Assembly (NCBI GenBank): GCA_036526195.1
Contig: DATCYZ010000029.1
Span: 5,057 to 69,056, forward strand
DNA from: Burkholderiales bacterium
Lineage (GTDB): Bacteria > Pseudomonadota > Gammaproteobacteria > Burkholderiales > SG8-39
Length of the DNA: 64,000 nt
Reading direction: 5' to 3'
Shown: in pieces, positions 19,258-28,611 of the stretch
How the letters are laid out: each line of letters begins with the position of its first letter
How positions within the stretch are numbered: the first letter of the stretch is position 1
Position numbers and translations under genes: made by a program
Notes under the pieces: generated by a model
Told to the model about the DNA's origin: nothing
Seen by the model: the letters and a program-made list of their open reading frames with translations, nothing else
The model's database searches: none

Positions 19258-20705
19258 GCTGGTTTTGTCGCCGCCGGCGGCACGTCGTAGCCCGCCATCA
19301 GGTCCTCGACCACCTTGTGATACCCCGCCCAGGGCGCCTCGCGGAAATTGTGGTTGCGCACGATGAACGACGCGCCCGCGTAAAACTTCTCGTACTGCTG
19401 GTGGCGGCCCGCGAACTCCGACCCGACCAGGTCCCAGGCCAGCTTGAAGAGCTTCATGCGATCGAGCGCAGGCATTTGCGGCGTCTGCCAGAACGTCTCG
19501 AAGCGCTGGCGCAACGCCGGGTCGTGCATCACGCTGACGTCAGCCGGCATCTGGAAGACCCCGCCGCCGCACAGTTCGCGCAGCGCGTCGATGATCTGCG
19601 AATGGCTCTCGGTCGACCAGTTGAGCGCGGCATACATGTAGCGCCGGTTGAAGGTCCGGTAGCCGGTCGGCCAGTCCTCGGCGTCCTGGATCTGCCCGGC
19701 AATCATGCCGCCGAGGGTCGCCTCGAGCGCGCACAGGCGGCCCAGCACCTCGCGCACCGCCGGAATGTCCCGCGCGCCCGAGGCCTGGGCGACCAGGCTC
19801 GCCAGCCCGACGATCAACTGCATCTTGGCGTGAAAGCGGACATTCGACTGATGGTTGCCGTAGCAATGCGCCGGCGTCTTGATGTAGATCTCGCGCGCAA
19901 GCACCGCGTCCTGGTGCACAAACACGCGCTCCCAGGGCACCTTGACCTCGTCGCACATCACCATCGAGTCCGTCTCGTCGAAGCGCCATGCAAGCGGGTT
20001 CTCGAACTCGTTCGGCGCATCGCGCTCGAAAGGCTTGCGCGACCACAGGCTGACGCCGGGCGCGTTCACCGGGATGGCGCAGGTGATCGATTCGGGCAAC
20101 TGGTCCGGCGCCAGCGGAATCAGGTTGCCGATCCAGATCTCGTCGGCGAACACCGCGCCGGTGGCGAGCATCTTCATGCCCGAAATCACCACGCCGTCGT
20201 CGTCCTCGCGCACCACGCGCAGCGTCGGGATCGGCAGGTTCTGCTTGACGTAGAACTCCGGGTTGCGCGCGGCCTGCGGCGGAATCACGGCATAGGCGGC
20301 AAAGACATCCTTCGCGCGCATGTGCTCGTAGTAGCGAACGAGGTTGTTGGCGTACTTGCCGAAAACCGACGGATTCGTCGACATGCCGGTGACGAAGCTC
20401 GCCACGTGGTCCGGCGAACGGCCCAGCATCCCGTGCGACTGGTCGGCAATCGCGCGGTGCAGGCGCGTGCGCTGCTCGAGGTCGGCGCGGCTGCGCGCGC
20501 GCAGGAAGTACGCGCTGAATCGCTCGCCGTTCTCCTCGAAACTGTAATCCGGCGACGACGCCTTCAGGTCATAGATCGCCGCCATCGAACGCGCGGCATT
20601 GCGAAACGCCGGATGCGTCGTGACGTCCTCGACGCGCTCGGACCCGATGTAGACCACGCGCCCGTCGCGCAGCGCGCGCAGGTGCTCCGCTCCGCTCTTC
20701 AGCAT
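19254..20705 (-). CDS. 4-hydroxyphenylacetate 3-monooxygenase oxygenase-component family protein (HpaB-like, FADH2-dependent)
   Basis: 483 aa. The N-terminus GAEHLRALRDGRVVYIGSERVEDVTTHPAFRNAARSMAAIYDL closely resembles HpaB N-termini. Confidence 0.85.
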   Translation of the reverse strand: MLKSGAEHLRALRDGRVVYIGSERVEDVTTHPAFRNAARSMAAIYDLKASSPDYSFEENGERFSAYFLRARSRADLEQRTRLHRAIADQSHGMLGRSPDHVASFVTGMSTNPSVFGKYANNLVRYYEHMRAKDVFAAYAVIPPQAARNPEFYVKQNLPIPTLRVVREDDDGVVISGMKMLATGAVFADEIWIGNLIPLAPDQLPESITCAIPVNAPGVSLWSRKPFERDAPNEFENPLAWRFDETDSMVMCDEVKVPWERVFVHQDAVLAREIYIKTPAHCYGNHQSNVRFHAKMQLIVGLASLVAQASGARDIPAVREVLGRLCALEATLGGMIAGQIQDAEDWPTGYRTFNRRYMYAALNWSTESHSQIIDALRELCGGGVFQMPADVSVMHDPALRQRFETFWQTPQMPALDRMKLFKLAWDLVGSEFAGRHQQYEKFYAGASFIVRNHNFREAPWAGYHKVVEDLMAGYDVPPAATKPA

Positions 20706-20714
20706 GCGTGCCCC

Positions 20715-21119
20715 CTATTTCGGCTTGCCGCTGGTTTCGTAATAGTGGATCTCGTACAGCAGGCAACCCCCGCGCGTGGTGAACGGGCCGTGGAGGACGC
20801 CGGGCGGACGGCAGGCATAGGTGAACGCCTGCGAGGACTGCCCGCCCTGGCCCTTGGCATCGTTACCGACGACGAGATCGCCCTGGATGAGGAACACCTC
20901 CTCCCAGTGATCGTGGACAAAGGGTTCCGTCGAAAACGCGCCCGGCTCGATCTTCAGGATCCGCGTGCGGCTGCCCCGCTTCGCGACCTCGTCGAGGTCG
21001 GAGGCCAGCACCTTCTGCGAAAAGCCCGGGGGATAGTTCGACCCCGGCGAGATCCAGCCCGCGTTCATGTCGACGCCGACGAATTCCAGGTGTGGCTTGG
21101 CCTGCGTGGGTTTGCTCAT
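20715..21119 (-). CDS. cupin domain-containing protein
   Basis: Start reassigned to ATG 21119 (GGAGG RBS). 134 aa. HDHWEEVFLIQGDL and PPGVLHGPF are cupin-like motifs. Confidence 0.7.
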   Translation of the reverse strand: MSKPTQAKPHLEFVGVDMNAGWISPGSNYPPGFSQKVLASDLDEVAKRGSRTRILKIEPGAFSTEPFVHDHWEEVFLIQGDLVVGNDAKGQGGQSSQAFTYACRPPGVLHGPFTTRGGCLLYEIHYYETSGKPK

Positions 21120-21249
21120 GCTGCAACCTCCATGGATGCCGACGCGCATACCGTAGCACGGCCGCCGCGCCCCGCGCCCGGCGGGTGCCGCAATTGCGTG
21201 AAACGAGCCGGCATCACACGGCAGTCGCGATAGACTTGCCCTGACCCAT

Positions 21250-24200
21250 GTGCACCTGCCAGCCATCGCCTTGAACAGCCCGACCGACCCCGTCGTTGCG
21301 GTTGCACCATCCTGGACCGGCGCGCCGATCGAGCGCTTAGAGGATGCCGCGCTGCTCACCGGCGCGGGCCGCTTCCTGGACGATCTCGGCGCGCCGCCGG
21401 GCACCCTGCACGCAGCCTTCGTGCGCTCGCCGCACGCGCACGCCCGCCTGCGCGCGATCGATGCGGCAGCCGCGCTCGCCCTGCCGGGCGTACGCGCCGT
21501 GCTGACCGGCGAAGACGTGCGGCGCTGGGCCGCCCCCTTCGTGGTCGGCGTCAAGGCGCCGATGGAGCACTGGTGCCTTGCCGTGGACAAGGTGCGCTAT
21601 GTCGGCGAACCGGTGGCGGTGGTGGTCGCCGAAGACCGCTATCTCGCCGAGGACGGCGCCGAGCGCGTCTCGGTCGACTACGACGCGCTGCCAGCGGCCG
21701 TCAGCATCGAGGCCGCCATCGCCGCGGATGCGCCCTGCCTGCACGAGGCCGTCGGCAGCAACGTGGTGAGCGATCGCAGCTTTCGCTACGGCGACCCGGA
21801 GGCGGCGTTTGCGCGCGCCACGCGACGGGTGCGCCTCACGGTGCGTTACCCGAGGAATTCCTGCACGCCGATCGAGGGCTTTGCCGCGGTCGCCGAGCAC
21901 CACGCGGGCGGCAATACCTACGAGGTGCTGTCCAACTTCATGGGGCCGTTCTCGCTGCACGCCGTGATGGCGCTCGCGCTGAAGGTGCCCGGGTCCGGGC
22001 TGCGGCTGCGCACGCCGCCCGATTCCGGCGGCAGTTTCGGCGTGAAGCAGGCGATCTTCCCCTACCTCGTGGCGCTGTGCCTCGCCTCGCGCAAGGCCGG
22101 CGCGCCGGTGAAGTGGATCGAAGACCGGCTCGAGCACCTGGTGGCCGCGACCTCGGCCACCGGGCGCCTCGCCACCGTCGAGGCGGCGCTGGATGCCGAG
22201 GGCCGCATCCTCGCGCTCGACTTCGACCAGCTGGACGATGTCGGCGGCTACCTGCGCGCGCCAGAGCCGGCCACCTTCTATCGCATGCACGGCTGCCTCA
22301 CCGGCGCCTATGCGGTGCCCAACCTGCGCGTGCGCAACCGCGTGGTGGTGACGTCCAAGACGCCCGCAGGCCTGGTGCGCGGCTTCGGCGGGCCGCAGGT
22401 GTACTTCGCGCTCGAGCGCCTGGTGCACGAGATCGCGCGCCAGCTCGAACTCGATCCGCTGGAGGTGATGCGACGCAACTTCATCGCCGCCGACGCCTTC
22501 CCCTATCGCGCGGCCGCCGGCGCGCTGCTCGACTCGGGCGACTATCCGGCAGCCCTCGAGGCGGCCACGCGCGCGGGCGCGCTCGACGAACTCAAGGCAC
22601 GCCGCGCACAGGCGCGGGCCGAGGGGCGGCTCTACGGCATCGGCTACGCGGCGATCGTCGAGCCCTCGATCTCGAACATGGGCTACATCACCACCGTGAT
22701 GACGCCCGAGGCGCGCGAGAAGGCCGGGCCGAAGAACGGCGCCCTCGCAAGCGCGACGGTCGCCATCGACCTGCTCGGCAGCGTCACGGTCGGCGTCGCC
22801 TCGGTGCCGCAGGGACAGGGTCACGCCACGGTGCTCGCGCAGGTGGTCGCCGACGTATTCGGGCTGGCCCCGACGGACATCGCGGTCAACGTCGAGCTCG
22901 ACACCCTGCGCGACGCCTGGTCTGTCGCCTCCGGGAATTATTCCAGCCGCTTCGCGGGCGCGGTGGCGGGCACCGCGCACCTTGCCGCGGTCCGGCTGCG
23001 CGAGAAGCTCGCGCGCGTGGCGGCGCCACTGCTCGGCTGCGAGGCGCAGGCCGTGGTGTTCGGAGGGGGGAAGGTCTGGCCGCGTGATGCGCCTGACAAG
23101 GCGCAGCGCTTCGCGCGCATCGCGAGCAGCGCGCATTGGGCGCCGGCGCGCGTGCCCGCCGGGCTCGAGCCCGGCTTGCGCGAAACCGTGTTCTGGACGC
23201 CGCCCGAACTCGAGGCGCCGGATGCCGGGGACCGGATCAACACCAGCGCCGCCTACGGCTTCGTCTTCGACCTGTGCGCGCTGGAGATCGACCGCGCGAC
23301 CGGCAAGGTGAAGATCGACCGCTATGTCACCGCGCACGACGCCGGACGCCTGCTCAACCCGGCGCTCGCCGACGGACAGATCCGTGGCGGCTTCGCGCAG
23401 GCGCTCGGCGCGGCGCTGATGGAGGAGTTCGCCTACGCCCCGGACGGCGCGTTCCTCTCGGGCACCTACGCCGATTACCTGGTGCCCACCGCGGTCGAGG
23501 TTCCGGACCCGGTGATCGTGCACCTCGAAACGCCCTCCCCCTTCACGCCGCTGGGCGCGAAGGGCCTGGGCGAAGGCAACAACATGAGCACGCCCGCCTG
23601 CATCGCGAATGCGCTCGCCGATGCGCTCGGCGCCGCGGCACCGCCGGAAGCCATCGTGCTGCCGATGACCCCGCCGCGGATCCTTGCGCTGCTCGACCTG
23701 CCGGACCCGCCCCCTGCACGGCGCGGCGCCCCGGTCGCGGCGCCCCTGTCTGCCGACGGGCGCGCCTTGCGGATGTCCGGGTCGGTCCGCCTCGCCGCGT
23801 CCCCGGAGGCGGTGTTCGAAGTGCTGCTTGATCCGGGTGCGCTGGCTGACGTGATCCCGGGCTGCCATGCCCTGACAGCCACGGGCGAGCACCGCTACAG
23901 CGCCGACGTGACCCTCGGCATCGGCATGATCCGCGCGCGCTACCGCGCCGAAGTGGCGCTCTCGGAGATCGACGCGCCACGCGCCCTGCGCCTCGCCGGG
24001 CGTGGCATCGGCCCGCTGGGCGCGGCCGAAGGCAGCGGCGAGGTGCGTCTTTCGCCGGTGGCGGGCGGCACGCAACTCGACTACGACTACGCAGTGGCGG
24101 TGAGCGGCAAGGTGGCGGCGATCGGCGGCCGCATGCTCGAGGGCGCGGCGCGCGTCATCCTCGCGCAGCTCTTCGAGCGACTCGACCGCCGGGCGCAGGG

Positions 24201-24267
24201 CGCGCAGGCGCCGGGGTCGCCCACGGTCTGGCAGCGGCTGTTGCGCCGGCTCGGGATCGGCGCATGA
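21250..24267 (+). CDS. xanthine dehydrogenase family molybdopterin-binding large subunit with a C-terminal CoxG/SRPBCC fusion (HmfA-like by operon context)
   Basis: GTG start. 1005 aa. N-terminal PIERLEDAALLTGAGRFLDD, and GAKGLGEGNNMSTPACIANAL near residue 780. Residues from about 840 align with the stand-alone CoxG at 40719-41192. Confidence 0.9.
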   Translation: MHLPAIALNSPTDPVVAVAPSWTGAPIERLEDAALLTGAGRFLDDLGAPPGTLHAAFVRSPHAHARLRAIDAAAALALPGVRAVLTGEDVRRWAAPFVVGVKAPMEHWCLAVDKVRYVGEPVAVVVAEDRYLAEDGAERVSVDYDALPAAVSIEAAIAADAPCLHEAVGSNVVSDRSFRYGDPEAAFARATRRVRLTVRYPRNSCTPIEGFAAVAEHHAGGNTYEVLSNFMGPFSLHAVMALALKVPGSGLRLRTPPDSGGSFGVKQAIFPYLVALCLASRKAGAPVKWIEDRLEHLVAATSATGRLATVEAALDAEGRILALDFDQLDDVGGYLRAPEPATFYRMHGCLTGAYAVPNLRVRNRVVVTSKTPAGLVRGFGGPQVYFALERLVHEIARQLELDPLEVMRRNFIAADAFPYRAAAGALLDSGDYPAALEAATRAGALDELKARRAQARAEGRLYGIGYAAIVEPSISNMGYITTVMTPEAREKAGPKNGALASATVAIDLLGSVTVGVASVPQGQGHATVLAQVVADVFGLAPTDIAVNVELDTLRDAWSVASGNYSSRFAGAVAGTAHLAAVRLREKLARVAAPLLGCEAQAVVFGGGKVWPRDAPDKAQRFARIASSAHWAPARVPAGLEPGLRETVFWTPPELEAPDAGDRINTSAAYGFVFDLCALEIDRATGKVKIDRYVTAHDAGRLLNPALADGQIRGGFAQALGAALMEEFAYAPDGAFLSGTYADYLVPTAVEVPDPVIVHLETPSPFTPLGAKGLGEGNNMSTPACIANALADALGAAAPPEAIVLPMTPPRILALLDLPDPPPARRGAPVAAPLSADGRALRMSGSVRLAASPEAVFEVLLDPGALADVIPGCHALTATGEHRYSADVTLGIGMIRARYRAEVALSEIDAPRALRLAGRGIGPLGAAEGSGEVRLSPVAGGTQLDYDYAVAVSGKVAAIGGRMLEGAARVILAQLFERLDRRAQGAQAPGSPTVWQRLLRRLGIGA

Positions 24268-25079
24268 AGCCGGCCGCCCTCGATTACGTTCGCGCCGAGT
24301 CGCCCGACGAGGCCGTGGCGCTGCTCGCGGAATACGGCGAGGACGCGCGCGTGCTGGCCGGCGGCCAGTCGCTGATGGCGGTGCTCAACATGCGGCTCGC
24401 CGAGCCCCGGGTCCTGGTCGACATTCACCGGGTGCAGGCGCTGGCCGTCATCGCGGATGGCGCGCAGCTGCAGGTCGGCGCCGCGGTCACCCAGGCGGCG
24501 CTCGAGCGCCACCCGATGCTCGGGCGATCGGCGCCCCTGCTTGCGCAGGCGCTGCCGCACCTGGGCCATTTCCAGACCCGCAATCGCGGCACCGTCTGCG
24601 GCTCGATCGCGCATGCGGATCCGAGCGCCGAGCTTCCGCTGTGTCTCGCGACCCTCGGCGGCACGGTGCTGCTGCGCTCGGCGCGCGGTGCCCGGCGCGT
24701 GGCGGCGCAGGACTTCTTCGCGGGCATGCTGCAGACCGCGCGCGCCGCGGACGAACTGCTGGAGGCCGTGCAGTTTCCGCCGGCCGCGGCGGGCGAACGG
24801 CACGGCTTCACGGAGGTGTCGATGCGCCACGGCGATTTCGCCCTCGTGGCGCTGGCCGCCGTCGTCGGAGAAGACACGATCCGGCTCGGCGTCGGCGGTG
24901 TCGGCGATCGCCCCGTCGTCGCGCGCTGGTCGCGCCTCGCGGGCTCGGCCCTCGAGGATGCGCTCAACCAGCTGGCCTGGGACCTCGATGCGCGCGACGA
25001 CCATCATGCGAGCGCGCGCTATCGCCGCCACCTGGTGCGCACACTGGGAAATCGCCTCATTGGAGACCTGTCCGCATGA
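24264..25079 (+). CDS. Mo-hydroxylase FAD-binding subunit (CoxM-like; HmfB-like by context)
   Basis: ATGA overlap with the upstream gene. LAGGQSLMAVLNMRL and RNRGTVCGSIAHADP motifs. 271 aa. Confidence 0.9.
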   Translation: MKPAALDYVRAESPDEAVALLAEYGEDARVLAGGQSLMAVLNMRLAEPRVLVDIHRVQALAVIADGAQLQVGAAVTQAALERHPMLGRSAPLLAQALPHLGHFQTRNRGTVCGSIAHADPSAELPLCLATLGGTVLLRSARGARRVAAQDFFAGMLQTARAADELLEAVQFPPAAAGERHGFTEVSMRHGDFALVALAAVVGEDTIRLGVGGVGDRPVVARWSRLAGSALEDALNQLAWDLDARDDHHASARYRRHLVRTLGNRLIGDLSA

Positions 25080-25597
25080 AGCGCTACGCACGTGACACGC
25101 TGCACCGTGTCGAAATCGTCCTGAACGGCGCCACGCGCAGTGCGCACTGCGCCTCGCGCATGCTGCTCTCGGACTTCCTGCGAGAGGCACTCGGCGCGAC
25201 CGGCGTGCATGTCGGCTGCGAGCATGGCGTGTGCGGCGCCTGCACGGTGCGCATCGACGGCGTCGCGCAGCGCAGCTGCCTCGCCCTGGCGGTCAGTGCC
25301 GACGGCCGGCGCGTCGACACCGTCGAAGGCCTTGCCCGGCCGGACGGTTCCGGCGACCCCGGCCTGAGCGACCTGCAACTGGCGTTTCGCCGCCACCACG
25401 CCCTGCAATGCGGGTTCTGCACGCCGGGCATCCTGATGTCGGCAGCCGAGTTTCTCGAGCGCGTGCCGCAGCCCGACGAAACCGCGGTGCGAGAGATGCT
25501 CTCCGGCCACTTGTGCCGCTGCACGGGCTACAGCGGCATCGTGCAGGCGATCCTCGAGGTGGCCGGCCAGCGCGCGAAGGATGTCTCCCATGCTTGA
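25076..25597 (+). CDS. Mo-hydroxylase (2Fe-2S)-binding subunit (CoxS-like; HmfC-like by context)
   Basis: ATGA overlap with the upstream gene. [19 protein letters not shown] and HLCRCTGY motifs. 173 aa. Confidence 0.9.
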   Translation: MKRYARDTLHRVEIVLNGATRSAHCASRMLLSDFLREALGATGVHVGCEHGVCGACTVRIDGVAQRSCLALAVSADGRRVDTVEGLARPDGSGDPGLSDLQLAFRRHHALQCGFCTPGILMSAAEFLERVPQPDETAVREMLSGHLCRCTGYSGIVQAILEVAGQRAKDVSHA

Positions 25598-27125
25598 TCT
25601 CGGCCGCACCTTCCTGCAAAGCGTCGAGCGCCGGCCCGAGGCAGGCGCCCTGGTCGATGGCGACCTGCGCCTGCGCTATGCCGAATGGCTGCCGCGCATC
25701 GGCTCGCTCGCGCGCGCGCTGCACGGCCTCGGCCTGCGCAAGGGCGATCACCTGCTTGCGGTCATGCAGAATCGCTGGGAGATGGCGACGCTGCACTGGG
25801 CCTGCCAGTTTGCAGGCGTCATCATCACGCCGCTCAACTGGCGGGCCAAGGCGGACGAGATCGAGTACTGCCTCGAGGATTCCGGTGCGAAAGTGCTGGT
25901 GTTCGACGCCTCGAGCGCGGCGGCGGTCGGCGAAGCGCCGCGCGCGGCGAAGCTGCCCCGCATCGTCGCCGGCCTCGATATTGCCGGGGCGACGGCCTTC
26001 GAGACCCTGTGTGGCGAGAGCGGCCTGACGCCGGACCCGGTCGCCGGCGCCGAAGACTGGTCGCTGATGCTCTACACCTCCGGCACCACCGGGCGCCCGA
26101 AGGGCGTGCCGCGACGCCATCGCGCAGAGCGGGCGGCCGCGCTGGCCCACGTCGCGCAGAACGCCTACCTCACGGGCGAGCGCACGCTCGGCGTGATGCC
26201 GCTCTACCACACCATGGGGGTGCGCTCGCTGCTGGCGATGGCGCTGATCGACGGCTGCTTCATCTGCCTGCCGCGCTTCGACGTGCCGAGCGCGCTGCGC
26301 CTCATCGCCGCCGAGAAGATCAGCAACCTGTACCTGGTGCCGACGCTGTACCACGACCTGATCGGGCACCCGGATTTCGCCACCACCGATGTGCGGTCCG
26401 TGCGCAAGCTCGGCTATGCCGGCGCGCCGATGACCGATGCGCTGCTCGGAAGGCTGGTCGAGGCCTTCAAGCCCGACCTGTTCGTCAACCACTACGGCTC
26501 CTCCGAGATCTACACCTTCACCATCGACCAGAAGGCGGCGGCGAAGCCCGGCTCGGCCGGGCGCGCGGGGATCAATGCGCGCGTGCGCGTGGTCAGGCTC
26601 GACGCCAAGACCCCGCAGGACCTCGCCGCGCCGAACGAGGAAGGCCAGATCATCGCCGACCTCTCGGGCGACGAGTCCTTCGAGGGCTACTGGAACCGGC
26701 CCGATGCCAACGCCAAGTCGCTGCGCGAGGGCTGGTACTTCACCGGCGACACCGGCCTGCTCGACCGGGACGGCGACCTGTTCGTCACCGGCCGCGTCGA
26801 CGACATGATCATTTCCGGCGGCGAGAACATCTCGCCGGTCGACATCGAGTCGGTGCTTTCTCTGCACCCGGCGGTCGACGACGTCGCGGTCGCCGGCCTG
26901 AAGGACGAACGCTGGGGCCAGAAAGTGGTCGCCTTCATCAAGCGCCGCGCGGACGTGGACGACGCCGCGCTCGACGCCCATTGCAGGACGTCCGAACTGC
27001 CGAACTACAAGCGACCGCGCGAGTACGTGTTCGTCGCGGACATCCCGAAATCCCCCGTCGGCAAGATCCTGCGCCGCAAGCTCGTCGCCGGGGAGTACGA
27101 ACCAGACAAAGGAGCTTCTTCATGA
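25581..27125 (+). CDS. AMP-dependent synthetase/ligase (acyl-CoA synthetase; HmfD-like by context)
   Basis: 514 aa. LYTSGTTGRPKGV motif. Overlaps the small-subunit gene (alternative ATG at 25590). Confidence 0.88.
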   Translation: MSPMLDLGRTFLQSVERRPEAGALVDGDLRLRYAEWLPRIGSLARALHGLGLRKGDHLLAVMQNRWEMATLHWACQFAGVIITPLNWRAKADEIEYCLEDSGAKVLVFDASSAAAVGEAPRAAKLPRIVAGLDIAGATAFETLCGESGLTPDPVAGAEDWSLMLYTSGTTGRPKGVPRRHRAERAAALAHVAQNAYLTGERTLGVMPLYHTMGVRSLLAMALIDGCFICLPRFDVPSALRLIAAEKISNLYLVPTLYHDLIGHPDFATTDVRSVRKLGYAGAPMTDALLGRLVEAFKPDLFVNHYGSSEIYTFTIDQKAAAKPGSAGRAGINARVRVVRLDAKTPQDLAAPNEEGQIIADLSGDESFEGYWNRPDANAKSLREGWYFTGDTGLLDRDGDLFVTGRVDDMIISGGENISPVDIESVLSLHPAVDDVAVAGLKDERWGQKVVAFIKRRADVDDAALDAHCRTSELPNYKRPREYVFVADIPKSPVGKILRRKLVAGEYEPDKGASS

Positions 27126-27928
27126 CCGCACTCACCCATCCCGCCGCCGGATTGCTGGCCAACCTCGACGGCTTTCGCGTCGAGGTCGACGCGGCGAAGC
27201 AGCGCGGCGACATCATCCTCGCGCGGCCGCCGCTCAACGTGATCCGCATGCCGCAACGCGAGCAGCTGCGTGCCGTGTTCGAAGCGCTCGACCTGCATCC
27301 GGACGTGCGGGTGATCGTGCTGCGCGCCGATGGCGAGCATTTCTCCAGCGGCGGCGACATCAAGGGCTTCCTTGAAGCCAGCCCCGAGACGGTCTCGAAG
27401 CTTGCCTGGAACATGGCGGCGCCGGCGCGCTGCGCCAAGCCGGTGATCGCCGCCAACCGCGGCTATTGCTTCGGCGTCGGCTTCGAGGTGTCGCTCGCCT
27501 GCGACTTCCGCATCGGCTCGGAGACCGCGCTCTACGCCCTGCCCGAGCAGAAGCTCGGCCAGATTCCCGGCTCGGGCGGCTCGGCGCGCCTGCAGAAGAT
27601 GGTCGGGCTGACACGCACCAAGGACATCGTCATGCGCTCGCGCCGCATCCCGGCGAAGCAGGCTTTCGACTGGGGCGTGATCACCGAATGCGTGCCGGAC
27701 GCCGACCTCGAGAAGGCGACCGACGCGCTGGTGGCCGAACTGGTCGAATTTGCGCCGCTTGCGCAACGCACCGCGAAGAAGCTGCTGAACGACACCGAGG
27801 ACGCGACCCTGTCGCTCGCCATCGAGATGGAAGGGCACTGCTACAGCCGGCTGCGCACCTCGGACGACTTCCGCGAGGGCGTGGACGCGTTCCACGCCAA
27901 GCGCAAGCCCGCCTTCAAGGGCAGCTGA
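27122..27928 (+). CDS. enoyl-CoA hydratase/isomerase (crotonase) family protein (HmfE-like by context)
   Basis: ATGA overlap with the ligase stop. 268 aa. Crotonase segments FSSGGDIK and GYCFGVGFEVSLACDFR. Confidence 0.88.
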   Translation: MTALTHPAAGLLANLDGFRVEVDAAKQRGDIILARPPLNVIRMPQREQLRAVFEALDLHPDVRVIVLRADGEHFSSGGDIKGFLEASPETVSKLAWNMAAPARCAKPVIAANRGYCFGVGFEVSLACDFRIGSETALYALPEQKLGQIPGSGGSARLQKMVGLTRTKDIVMRSRRIPAKQAFDWGVITECVPDADLEKATDALVAELVEFAPLAQRTAKKLLNDTEDATLSLAIEMEGHCYSRLRTSDDFREGVDAFHAKRKPAFKGS

Positions 27929-27952
27929 GGCGTCCCGCGGCGCGCGGGCGGC

Positions 27953-28609
27953 TCAGTCCGCCGCCCGTGCCAGCACGTAGTCGACCGTAAAGGCGTCGAC
28001 GAACACGTCCTGCCACGCGCCGGCCTCGGTGGCGATCGCCGCGCGCAGCATCGAGCCGTCCACGACCGCTTCGAGCGAGCATTCCACCAGCAGCAGCCAG
28101 CGCTGCGCGCCCGGCCCGCCGCCGTAAATCTTGCGCTCCGAGGTCTGGATGCCGGAGATCTCGCTATCGATGCCGAAGAACCGCGTCCGGCCGGCGCCTG
28201 CCAATCCGGAGATCCGCCCGACCAGGCCCTCGGGTTGCGACGCGGCATTGAAGCGCACCGAGACCATGCAGGGAAAGCGGAACAGGTCGACCGCGCCCCG
28301 CGCTTCGAGCAGGCGGTAGATGTTGCGCGCCGGCTCGCGGAAGTTCGGCAGGGACTCGCGGGTCCAGGCCGTGGGCGCGTTCAGGCGGGCGAGGTAGGCT
28401 TCGCTGCCGAGCACCGCCGGATCCCGCGTCTCGTACATCATCAGGAAGAAGTCCCGGCTGCCGTTGCCGAGGTAGCGCTGCCCCGCCCGAAAACCCGGGA
28501 TCGAGACCCGCTCGGGCATGTGCTCGGCGTTGTGCCAGCTGCGAAACCGCTCCAGATAGGACGGTTCGATCTTCGCCCAGAACGCCATCAGGCCGGTGCC
28601 CTCGCCCAT
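27953..28609 (-). CDS. hypothetical protein (218 aa), family not recognised
   Basis: ATG lies 2 nt after the stop of the upstream epimerase-like gene. Normal amino-acid composition. The N-terminal segment WHNAEHMPERVSIPGF suggests, weakly, a small alpha+beta barrel-type domain. Confidence 0.6.
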   Translation of the reverse strand: MGEGTGLMAFWAKIEPSYLERFRSWHNAEHMPERVSIPGFRAGQRYLGNGSRDFFLMMYETRDPAVLGSEAYLARLNAPTAWTRESLPNFREPARNIYRLLEARGAVDLFRFPCMVSVRFNAASQPEGLVGRISGLAGAGRTRFFGIDSEISGIQTSERKIYGGGPGAQRWLLLVECSLEAVVDGSMLRAAIATEAGAWQDVFVDAFTVDYVLARAAD

Positions 28610-28611
28610 GC

